A DNA stretch of 47,902 nt from a virus (taxonomy: Duplodnaviria; Caudoviricetes). The position numbers and the translations under genes were made by a program. Shown here piece by piece: positions 17,843-25,605 of this stretch (position 1 is the stretch's first letter; every line of letters starts with the position of its first letter). Location of the stretch: IMG/VR virus record IMGVR_UViG_3300020045_002682, positions 1 to 47,902 of that record. One strand, given 5' to 3'. A model generated the notes under the pieces. It was not told the DNA's origin, ran no database searches, and saw only the letters and a list, made by a program, of their open reading frames with translations.

Positions 17843-18414
17843 CCTAACCCACCATACAACTTAGCCTCATCAGCACGCCTGCTTTTTAGGCCAGCCATAA
17901 CGCGGCCCGCAGCCTTGTTCCAACGCGCAAATTCCAGCTTGGCCCCGGTATAATCACCAGCCTTGTGCTTGCGCAGAAGTGTGGATGAATTGAAATTACC
18001 AATCCCTACATTGTAGGCAAGGGACACCATTGCATCAAACTGGTCCTGCGTGGTTTTAGCCCCTGCAAGCGCCTTAGATACGCCATCGGAGAACTGCGCA
18101 ACATGGCTGGCAAACCTCTCTTGAGCCTGCGCCTTAGTCCATACCGTGCCCCGGATAATATCCTTGCCTGTAGAGCCCCATCCAATCGTCCATGGAGCAC
18201 CGCCAGTAGCTGGGTCTGGATAGGACTGCACCTTGCCATTACCAAGGTCTTTGGCGTAGCCCTCCCACTTCTTAATCAGGGCCTCACCCTTACCACCTAG
18301 ATTCATCGCGATCTCCATCTTGTCCAAAACCACATCAAGAGCGGCTACGTCTTCGCCAGTCAATGGCCTACCTAGTTCGGACCGCAGTACATCAAAGATG
18401 GCCTTACGGTTCAC
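17839..18414 (-). CDS. Endolysin, GH24 lysozyme
   Basis: LIKKWEG..YPDPATGGAPWTIGWGST, QFDAMVSLAYNVG, GLKSRRADE; GTG start after GAGGGG. Confidence 0.93.
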   Translation of the reverse strand: MNRKAIFDVLRSELGRPLTGEDVAALDVVLDKMEIAMNLGGKGEALIKKWEGYAKDLGNGKVQSYPDPATGGAPWTIGWGSTGKDIIRGTVWTKAQAQERFASHVAQFSDGVSKALAGAKTTQDQFDAMVSLAYNVGIGNFNSSTLLRKHKAGDYTGAKLEFARWNKAAGRVMAGLKSRRADEAKLYGGLG

Positions 18415-18785
18415 AAAATGCCCCTCCAGGCAATCCATGTCACAAACCATATGCCGTAAAGGCCAAGAGCAAGGCGCAACTTGCCAAGCACATGGATTAC
18501 AGCGGTCTTAGATGCCAGCCATGCAGCCCAACCGAACCACAACAGATAGTTTGTGGTGGTAAAATCCGCAGCACTGTTTCCTGAAATGATCGTGGCTGCA
18601 AAAATGAAAAGTGCGCCGAGAGGGTGGACCCAAAGCGCAATTGAAAGCCAGAACGCCCGGTTGTTCCAGGCTTTGACGCCGGGAACCATAGCCTCCGCCT
18701 TGATGATAGGCGGAAGCCATACGCACATGATTACAGAGCCGATGGCAAGCATACCAAGTAGTAGAGAGGCGAAATCAGTCATCAT
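18411..18785 (-). CDS. Membrane protein (~4 TM)
   Basis: Hydrophobic segments; coupled to the endolysin. Confidence 0.7.
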   Translation of the reverse strand: MMTDFASLLLGMLAIGSVIMCVWLPPIIKAEAMVPGVKAWNNRAFWLSIALWVHPLGALFIFAATIISGNSAADFTTTNYLLWFGWAAWLASKTAVIHVLGKLRLALGLYGIWFVTWIAWRGIL

Positions 18786-18925
18786 CTTTTGGCAACCCTG
18801 CGAAACGCCGCCACCGCGATGGCAGTTTCTTCCTTTAGCTCATCAACAGCCGCACAAGCCGCGACTAGCCGTTCGTCATTTTTTGACTGAAACATCAAGC
18901 CATAAAACCAAGTGAGCCAAGACAT
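18782..18925 (-). CDS. 47-aa protein MSWLTWFYGLMF...
   Basis: Fills the gap; ATGA coupling. Confidence 0.6.
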   Translation of the reverse strand: MSWLTWFYGLMFQSKNDERLVAACAAVDELKEETAIAVAAFRRVAKR

Positions 18926-18930
18926 AGAGT

Positions 18931-19128
18931 TTAACTTTCTGCGTCCCCCACTGATTTCACCACTTCCCGAGTAGCCCGAATGACTTCCCTTTGAGCGGTT
19001 ACGGCTTCGATTAGTTGCAGGCCCATGCGCTCTATCACTCGGTCCTTCGCTGCATTGGAGCGAAACAAGAGAACCACAAAACCTGCTATCGGGCCATATT
19101 GTGTGGCGATTGCCAAAAACTCTTGCAC
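18931..19128 (-). CDS. Holin-like single-TM protein
   Basis: TQYGPIAGFVVLLF then coiled coil; GAGG RBS. Confidence 0.6.
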   Translation of the reverse strand: MQEFLAIATQYGPIAGFVVLLFRSNAAKDRVIERMGLQLIEAVTAQREVIRATREVVKSVGDAES

Positions 19129-19535
19129 TATGACCCTCGTTTAGCATTTATAGCTCCTGCACTTCGCGGCCCGTGTGTGTAAGTGCTAAGCGCATTTTGT
19201 AGTTGTGGCCAAGGCCCTGCCATGATAAACTGGATAACCGCGATCCAGTAGAGCGGATACCAGTTGTCCGGCTTCGTGTAGAAAAACCAAACAACCGGAT
19301 AAACCGAGATAACCCAAAGGTCAGATGGATGTGACCGCCATAACAGCGCCGTCACGCAGACAGCTATGTCTGTAAAGAAGTAATACGCCACAGGAACGTG
19401 AACGCCTGCGCGCATATAAATGGCCTCACCTATAGCCCATTGCAGGAGCAACGCCAATGCCACTGGACGCCAAAGGCTCCCCGGCGCAAGCCAGAGAGCC
19501 ATTACAGCGTACATGAGGCATTGATAGGGATTCAT
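19128..19535 (-). CDS. Aromatic-rich membrane protein (4-5 TM)
   Basis: Hydrophobic segments with an intramembrane Asp (FFTDIAV); coupled on both sides. Confidence 0.75.
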   Translation of the reverse strand: MNPYQCLMYAVMALWLAPGSLWRPVALALLLQWAIGEAIYMRAGVHVPVAYYFFTDIAVCVTALLWRSHPSDLWVISVYPVVWFFYTKPDNWYPLYWIAVIQFIMAGPWPQLQNALSTYTHGPRSAGAINAKRGS

Positions 19536-19648
19536 CCGGGCGGATCACCGGAACCGTTCCCACCGCCCCGGGTTGTGGATTCTGGCACGGGATTCGTTGG
19601 CGATACTGGTTTAGGCTCTGGCTTGTCGCATTTGCTTTCCTTGGTCAT
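19532..19648 (-). CDS. 38-aa Pro/Gly micro-peptide MTKESKCDKPEPKPVSPTNPVPESTTRGGGNGSGDPPG
   Basis: AAGGA RBS; ATGA overlaps at both ends. Confidence 0.65.
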   Translation of the reverse strand: MTKESKCDKPEPKPVSPTNPVPESTTRGGGNGSGDPPG

Positions 19649-19767
19649 TTGATGTTCCTTTTATTGTAATACGCAGCGAACACCGGATCGCGAAGTTCGG
19701 CGGCGATCTGCGCCTCGGTGAGTTGTCCCGACCTGATGCAGGTGAGGATGCGTTCAAACTTGCTCAT
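19645..19767 (-). CDS. 40-aa protein MSKFERILTCIRSGQLTEAQI...
   Basis: GAGG RBS; ATGA overlaps at both ends. Confidence 0.65.
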   Translation of the reverse strand: MSKFERILTCIRSGQLTEAQIAAELRDPVFAAYYNKRNIK

Positions 19768-20057
19768 ACCGATTTTACCTCAACCTCTGGCGCGTCGATG
19801 ATGTCGTCGATGAACTGCAAAATCGTCTTGTCGGCACGAACGAACTGGGCACTTTCTACGCGACGCTTGACGAAATCGAACTCGGACTCTTCAAGCAGAA
19901 GAAACCCGTCTTCAGCATCGTCCAGCTTGTCAATGACCTTAACTGCGGCACGAAGTTGCGAGAGGTTGTAAGGCTCACGGCCTGGAGTCGAAATGATCTG
20001 CTTCAGGTCCGCTCGGTAGTTGGAATTGTCGTATTCTTTAAGTTCGATCTTGCGCAT
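19764..20057 (-). CDS. Putative tail fibre assembly chaperone
   Basis: Directly after the tail fibre; AAGGAG RBS; acidic helical protein. Confidence 0.55.
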   Translation of the reverse strand: MRKIELKEYDNSNYRADLKQIISTPGREPYNLSQLRAAVKVIDKLDDAEDGFLLLEESEFDFVKRRVESAQFVRADKTILQFIDDIIDAPEVEVKSV

Positions 20058-20073
20058 GTTGGCTCCTTATGCG

Positions 20074-21492
20074 TTACGCGTTGAAATACTGGACCTTGTA
20101 GGCCGACCCGTTGAGTTTGATAGTGAAGTAGCCGGCACCTGTGCCCGCGCTGCCTGCGACCACGGGATCGACAAAATCAACCACGCCTGTGCCTTGCCCG
20201 GCCAGTCGAAGATCGGCGTTGGTTTCGCCAATGGGGCGTAGCGTTGGGCCGATTCCGGTATTACCGGGGGTGAGCGCCAGTCCGTTGACGTAAGTGTCGC
20301 TGGCCACGACCTGCAGCAGATTGTTGTTGTTGGCATTGCGGATCAAAAGGCCGGTATCGCTCGCTAGAATCTTCTGCTGTGCATTGTTGTTGGTTACGTC
20401 CGAATTGATGCTGAAGCCGGGTCCACCGCCGTTGTACACCCATCGGATAGCAGCACCCTTTGACACTTCCATGGCAATGCCGCTGCCGGTAATGCCGTCT
20501 GTCCCCAGCAGCGCCGTAGCACCGATCACGATACCCTTCTCGACCGCAGCGCCGTTGTTGATGATAGCGATACAAGCCGAAGCAGTGTTGGACCCGAACT
20601 CGCCACCCGATGCCAGCCAAGCGCCTGCTGTGAGACCCGACGAAAACATATTAAACGGGTTCATCGAAACAAGATCGCCATAGTTGACGATATCAACTTC
20701 AAATCCGTGAGTGGTTCCCGCACCCGCGTAGCGGCGGGCCTCCATATAAACCGCGTAGGCAGTCTGCACCTGGGCGGTGTTGTCGTTGATCGCCCAGAAA
20801 TTGCCACCGATGCAACCCATCGACCCAGCCACCGAGAAGTCAGATGTGCGTGACCCGCCTAGAATGGCGGTCTGGCCAATCGTCGAAAGTACAGCCAACT
20901 GGGAGTTATTAGTGGTGGAAACTCGTTCTTCTTCAAGCCAGTCCACGGTGATGTTTGTGAGGTTGCCATCGTTTTCGCACGCGCCGCCGATGAATACACG
21001 ATCTCGCATCTGGTAGATGCGCGCACCGTCGCCTACATCTTTCCAGAAACCGAGCGCAGGCGCCGCAGGCTCGAAGCCTCCAAGCCACGATGCCACCGTG
21101 CCCGGCTCGGGATCGGCAAGGTAATCATGGCCGATGAATGCAGAACCTGCCGAGCCAGCTAGTGCGTTGGTCGTGGCTAGGGTTCTCTGCTCGACAGCGG
21201 TGCCGCCATCATTTAGATAAACCGTAACCGTGCCGTCGCCGTTATCGACCGCGAAACCCTCGCCATCCGTGGTTGCCGCAATACCAGCAGCCGTGCTGGC
21301 GTAGTTAGGCCCTGCAGCAGCTTCAGCAGTTGCCGCCGAAGCTGCCGCATCAGCATTCAACTTGGCCATAGCCTGTTCGTCGGTGTCTGTAGGTAGTACG
21401 CCATATTGACCAGTGCGACGCAAAATGTCAGCCTGACTTTCGCCCCGCGCACCTTGCACGTTTATCTTCACGGTAGGCGTGGTAACAGGCAT
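20074..21492 (-). CDS. Tail fibre / receptor-binding protein
   Basis: YASTAAGIAATTDGEGFAV N-terminal module; Gly/Asn-rich beta body; position. Confidence 0.75.
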   Translation of the reverse strand: MPVTTPTVKINVQGARGESQADILRRTGQYGVLPTDTDEQAMAKLNADAAASAATAEAAAGPNYASTAAGIAATTDGEGFAVDNGDGTVTVYLNDGGTAVEQRTLATTNALAGSAGSAFIGHDYLADPEPGTVASWLGGFEPAAPALGFWKDVGDGARIYQMRDRVFIGGACENDGNLTNITVDWLEEERVSTTNNSQLAVLSTIGQTAILGGSRTSDFSVAGSMGCIGGNFWAINDNTAQVQTAYAVYMEARRYAGAGTTHGFEVDIVNYGDLVSMNPFNMFSSGLTAGAWLASGGEFGSNTASACIAIINNGAAVEKGIVIGATALLGTDGITGSGIAMEVSKGAAIRWVYNGGGPGFSINSDVTNNNAQQKILASDTGLLIRNANNNNLLQVVASDTYVNGLALTPGNTGIGPTLRPIGETNADLRLAGQGTGVVDFVDPVVAGSAGTGAGYFTIKLNGSAYKVQYFNA

Positions 21493-21842
21493 CAGTATGT
21501 AACTCCAGGAGTTAGAAGAATTAAGCCGGAAACTGGAACTGCCCGCACTCCGTCAGAGTATGTGACACGAATATCGTACGCTAGTCGATCAACTTGACTA
21601 AGGACAGCCAACTCATTGAAAGAATCGCCACTCAAAAGAATAGTGAAAATTCCAACTTCAGGTTCGTTTTTAGTAATCACGGCTTCAGCAATTACGGAGC
21701 CAACCCCGGACGCCAGCCTGACGTACATATCCACATCCATGTTGGTTATGTTTATAGGCACGCCTTCATTGTCAAAAATCTGCCAAGTCTCGTTATAGTC
21801 GGCATTGCGGTTAACGCGAATGTCAAGGCGCTCAGTCCTCAT
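21492..21842 (-). CDS. BppU-like fibre adaptor
   Basis: LDIRVNRNADY..INIT...YDIRV...SGLILLTPGVT. Confidence 0.6.
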   Translation of the reverse strand: MRTERLDIRVNRNADYNETWQIFDNEGVPINITNMDVDMYVRLASGVGSVIAEAVITKNEPEVGIFTILLSGDSFNELAVLSQVDRLAYDIRVTYSDGVRAVPVSGLILLTPGVTY

Positions 21843-22524
21843 CCGTCAATACCTCCACAAAGCTAACCGAAACATTGGAAAACTGCCCGTATTCCATCAT
21901 AGGCATAAGGTCTTGATTAAGTACCGCCCTACACTTAACCACCGGCCATTCGAAGTTTACAGCAACACCATTAGAAATAGGTGCGCGCAGCGGCGGGCTA
22001 ATAATGCAAACAGCAGAAGTAGGCGTTGGCCTAGACTCTACTCGCTCGATGATATAACCTCGACCGCCAATGCTAAACTTCTGCCCCGACTTTACGGCAG
22101 AGCCCTGCAGCATATTGATGGTAATGCGGTTATCCCTGAGTTCTCGCGCGCCAACAGTCTGAGCGACGATATAAGGCGACGCAAAACGCGTATAGGTTGG
22201 GAAATCATCATCGTCATACGTAAGGTCTGAAGGGTTAATCCCTTCCCAGCCAACGTAAGGTGACGGCGCGGTTCCTAAGGACAGTATGGGAACAAGGAAT
22301 GACCTAACACCGCCCTGCATATGAGAAACCCACGCGTCCCATAGGCGTTCTGTCTCAGGATTTGAAATATCAATGTCATCATAGGTGATGGACCATAACC
22401 CGCCGCCATCGGTGGATATTACGGTTTCAACATTGTTGATTGAAGTTCCGCCTGAAATAACGCGGCTCATTACACCAGCCTTCACGTTGTTTGGGCACAG
22501 GCGATGGGCTGGAAAAACGAACAT
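21832..22524 (-). CDS. Distal tail (Dit)-like protein
   Basis: ISGGTS...STDGGGLW...GGVRSFLVP...ISPPLRA...VSFVE. Confidence 0.55.
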   Translation of the reverse strand: MFVFPAHRLCPNNVKAGVMSRVISGGTSINNVETVISTDGGGLWSITYDDIDISNPETERLWDAWVSHMQGGVRSFLVPILSLGTAPSPYVGWEGINPSDLTYDDDDFPTYTRFASPYIVAQTVGARELRDNRITINMLQGSAVKSGQKFSIGGRGYIIERVESRPTPTSAVCIISPPLRAPISNGVAVNFEWPVVKCRAVLNQDLMPMMEYGQFSNVSVSFVEVLTDED

Positions 22525-22552
22525 AGTATTGCGATTAGCCTGCGATTGCCAT

Positions 22553-22792
22553 TTAGATTACCGCCGTTAAGTCAACTTCTTGCGAGGCTCCGCTGCCATA
22601 ATCATTGGCTGGAGTAACCTTGACTGTAAACGCGGCCCATGGCCCCCCTGCTGCGGTTATCTGCTCGGATGTAATTGTAAACGAGGTTCCGTAAACTACA
22701 AACGCAAGCACTGTACCCGCTTCAGTCGGCGGGTAATAACCCGGATCGCCGGGTTCCGGTACGGGGTCTTCAGGGTCTACAGGTATTGCCAT
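22553..22792 (-). CDS. Small tail-associated protein (C-terminal half of an Fn3-like domain)
   Basis: TSFTIT..GGP..FTVKVTPANDYGSG; TAATG overlap with the upstream tail gene. Confidence 0.6.
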   Translation of the reverse strand: MAIPVDPEDPVPEPGDPGYYPPTEAGTVLAFVVYGTSFTITSEQITAAGGPWAAFTVKVTPANDYGSGASQEVDLTAVI

Positions 22793-24708
22793 TACATTGG
22801 GTCCACTATGATTTCGACAAGGTAGCGTGCGGCAAACTGGCTAGGCTCGTAATCACCCGCTATCAGAGTTCCGTCAGCATTTGTACTAGCACTAAGGCCG
22901 CTCAAGGCGTAAGGAAGTGTGGTGGCAGTATTCACGTCCGTTGATGCCCATGGGCTTAGGCGGTCGTCTCCCGTCGAATATGCCACCTGAACATCCATCT
23001 CTGCAAGAGGTAGGAAGTTAGTTTGCAATGACACAGAAACGCCAGGATCGGTATCAGAGTACTCTTGCTCAAGCCATGACACGTCGCCAGTTGGCCTTGT
23101 GCGTACATACCACGTGAGGTCCGTCCTATCAGTAGGCCCTGACGCCACAATCTGCACGGCAACGCCAGTAACGCCCTGAGCCGTCATGCCATAAATGAGG
23201 GTTGACGAAACGATGGTGGGCGCAGCCAGTGGTGCAGGCGCAATGCGATCTTCAAGCGGTGCCGGGTCGCCTTCTTCAGTCGCGGGGTTCCATGAATCCG
23301 TATTTGGCTCAACACTAACCCAATCAAATGTAACGCCGAGCGAATCTAAATCCTTTTCAGGCGACGAAACAATCTCGGCGGGTCCGCTGTAAAAAGTCGT
23401 TCCAGCCTCGACGTGGTTTAGCCAAATGAACCTTTGACCCAAGACGGCTATGCCGCCATAGTTAGTGGTTATCGTGCCGCGATCAGGGGCATTTTGCCTA
23501 GCCATTACGCGCTTTGCTAACCGCCTGTTTTGCGAGTAGCTAGGCGACTGCGGGTTGAAATTGGTACTATTCACCCGTCCGCGCTCAGTTATATCGTCTT
23601 CATCCCGCCATGGCGTAGTATCGGGCTCGTTGTAATCGTGCTCCTCGGATACATACGTAATGGTAATTTCATTTACATAATCTTCGTCTTCAACAAAACC
23701 TTGATGGCGCGCGTTGATGATCTGTTCGGGGCCAATCGTTACTGTCGGTTCGTAATATCGTCCTGAATAGACAATATACCGGCCTAGTTCATCCTGTGAA
23801 TACCAGCCATCAAAAGTCTTTAGTATTTCACCAATGACCTGTGCGGGCTCTGTATTCATATCAAACAACAGGCCGCAACGGTAGCGCGGCTCAAATCCAC
23901 CACCCTTCAAAGGCACAGCCTCGTCGCAATGGTTCGCGGCATCAATCCACAAATCAACTACTGGCAGAATCTGCGTTGCATAATCCACATCGCGTTGCGT
24001 CATCAAGTACCAAAGCAACCCAAGCGCAGGGTTTTCGAGATTAGGGAAAGGCACAACCCACGTATCTGGATCGTAAGGGTCCATCGAGCCATTACGAGGA
24101 TCAAATAGATAAGACATATCGAACACCGCCGACATAATAGTATTATCAGCCTGCGGGTACACCTTGAGGTAGTTTTTAGACTTAACCGGCTTTTTGATAA
24201 GGTATCCGGCTGTAATTCCGTCACCGCGATGCGCTGAAGTCCAAACACCTGGAAGTGCGCTAATTACGGCGGGGAATGCGGTTTCCGTTTCAAGTCCCTC
24301 ACTAAATCCTGCAAGCACTTTGCCAGTCTCATAAGCGCCATCAGGAAGTTGCTGAACAACACCGCCGGAAACCGTAACCTTGTCGTCATTCAAGTAAACC
24401 TGCCCAACGCCATGGCTACGCCCATCAAGGAACGCCAAGACATCGACAGTCTCGCCCTTTGCGTTCGTGTCCCAAAACATAGCCTTGCCATAAACCCTGC
24501 GCCTGCCGATACCTTTGGTGCGGACTGGCCGTGGCTCTTTCTTCTGAGTTTGTGCCGCATCAGGCTTAGGCATGGGCGGGGCGAGCAATAGGGTTAGCGC
24601 ATTAGATGCGATCATGGTCGCACCAGACACGATAAGCGCAGGGTTACCCGTGACTACGCCAACCGCAACTACAACGGCCCCGATAATAGCGCCAACAAAT
24701 TTAGACAT
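22792..24708 (-). CDS. Tail tip / central tail protein (J-like phage tail protein)
   Basis: HRGDGI, ENPALGL, AANHCDEAV, PRYRC, NEITITY; Fn3-like C-terminus. Confidence 0.8.
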   Translation of the reverse strand: MSKFVGAIIGAVVVAVGVVTGNPALIVSGATMIASNALTLLLAPPMPKPDAAQTQKKEPRPVRTKGIGRRRVYGKAMFWDTNAKGETVDVLAFLDGRSHGVGQVYLNDDKVTVSGGVVQQLPDGAYETGKVLAGFSEGLETETAFPAVISALPGVWTSAHRGDGITAGYLIKKPVKSKNYLKVYPQADNTIMSAVFDMSYLFDPRNGSMDPYDPDTWVVPFPNLENPALGLLWYLMTQRDVDYATQILPVVDLWIDAANHCDEAVPLKGGGFEPRYRCGLLFDMNTEPAQVIGEILKTFDGWYSQDELGRYIVYSGRYYEPTVTIGPEQIINARHQGFVEDEDYVNEITITYVSEEHDYNEPDTTPWRDEDDITERGRVNSTNFNPQSPSYSQNRRLAKRVMARQNAPDRGTITTNYGGIAVLGQRFIWLNHVEAGTTFYSGPAEIVSSPEKDLDSLGVTFDWVSVEPNTDSWNPATEEGDPAPLEDRIAPAPLAAPTIVSSTLIYGMTAQGVTGVAVQIVASGPTDRTDLTWYVRTRPTGDVSWLEQEYSDTDPGVSVSLQTNFLPLAEMDVQVAYSTGDDRLSPWASTDVNTATTLPYALSGLSASTNADGTLIAGDYEPSQFAARYLVEIIVDPM

Positions 24709-25051
24709 GCCGCCATACCGCAATAACATTGTCGGCAGGAAGGCGAATAAATGCCAAGCCCTTAGCGGTTAGTAGCGCCCATTTATCGCCAGTATAAATG
24801 CCGCCAATCTCACCTTCGCCATTCGGCGTAATTACACGAACGACGCCAATATCTCCTGCATTTGGGCTACTAACCAATTTCATGCGCCCGCCGATGTGTT
24901 TTACCCACAGCTTGTGCAACGGCTCGCCATGGTCCGAATAGTCCTCTGGCAACTCGATACCAACCCAACGCGCAGGCCAAGCCGTGCAATCGTGAACGCC
25001 ATCTTTCCATGGCATCCGAGAACCTTCCAAAAGGTATTCTCCAAGAGTCAT
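24701..25051 (-). CDS. Tail tip NlpC/P60-like protein (DUF6950-like)
   Basis: PWKDGVHDCTAW...GDIGVV...AVWR. Confidence 0.7.
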   Translation of the reverse strand: MTLGEYLLEGSRMPWKDGVHDCTAWPARWVGIELPEDYSDHGEPLHKLWVKHIGGRMKLVSSPNAGDIGVVRVITPNGEGEIGGIYTGDKWALLTAKGLAFIRLPADNVIAVWRHV

Positions 25052-25605
25052 GTAGGGCCAAACCTGCGCGTTGTGCCAGCCGATATTCCAGAGACAAAAT
25101 CACAAAACCTATCTGTAGGCGAGATTCTGGCCTGATCGGCAGCAGTGAAAAATGACAACTTAGGATTAGACAACAGGGTGTCGCCACTTGCCATGGATAG
25201 TGATATGGTCCATTGCCTGTTACCGTCAGTGTCGGTGGATTCGGTAACAATTACGCCACCCTCGCCAGTCCATTGCCATTTTATAGGACCGTCCTGTTGC
25301 CAATTCTCATCGAAAGAGATTAGGCCAATGTTAGCCTGAGCACCTTTTACGCTGTCGCGATCTTCATGGGCTAGTCGGACCATCTCAGGTGTTACGCCTG
25401 AAAACTTAACCTCAATCCGGTCTGCCTCGCCATTAATAAGCTGCTTCAAGGCAGGCACTGACACTAAATCAGCCGCACCTTTCCACGTTGCCCCGCCTGG
25501 GTCGAGAGCGTCACCCGCCGTAGTTAGTGGTCCATGACCGCTCCATAGGTAAACTGGCGGATCACACTCAAGGCGAAACAATACGGATACGCGGTGCGCC
25601 GACAT
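25048..25605 (-). CDS. Tail hub / minor tail protein
   Basis: LWSGHG, WKGAADL, DQARISPTDRFCDFV; directly after the TMP. Confidence 0.65.
   Translation of the reverse strand: MSAHRVSVLFRLECDPPVYLWSGHGPLTTAGDALDPGGATWKGAADLVSVPALKQLINGEADRIEVKFSGVTPEMVRLAHEDRDSVKGAQANIGLISFDENWQQDGPIKWQWTGEGGVIVTESTDTDGNRQWTISLSMASGDTLLSNPKLSFFTAADQARISPTDRFCDFVSGISAGTTRRFGPT

Noticed and set aside
19532-19648. Lasso-peptide precursor (Thr at -2, Gly1, Asp8 in TR|GGGNGSGD)
   Set aside because: Only three residues follow the Asp, there is no YxxPxL-type leader motif, and no lasso cyclase or peptidase gene is in the genome; kept only as a generic peptide candidate
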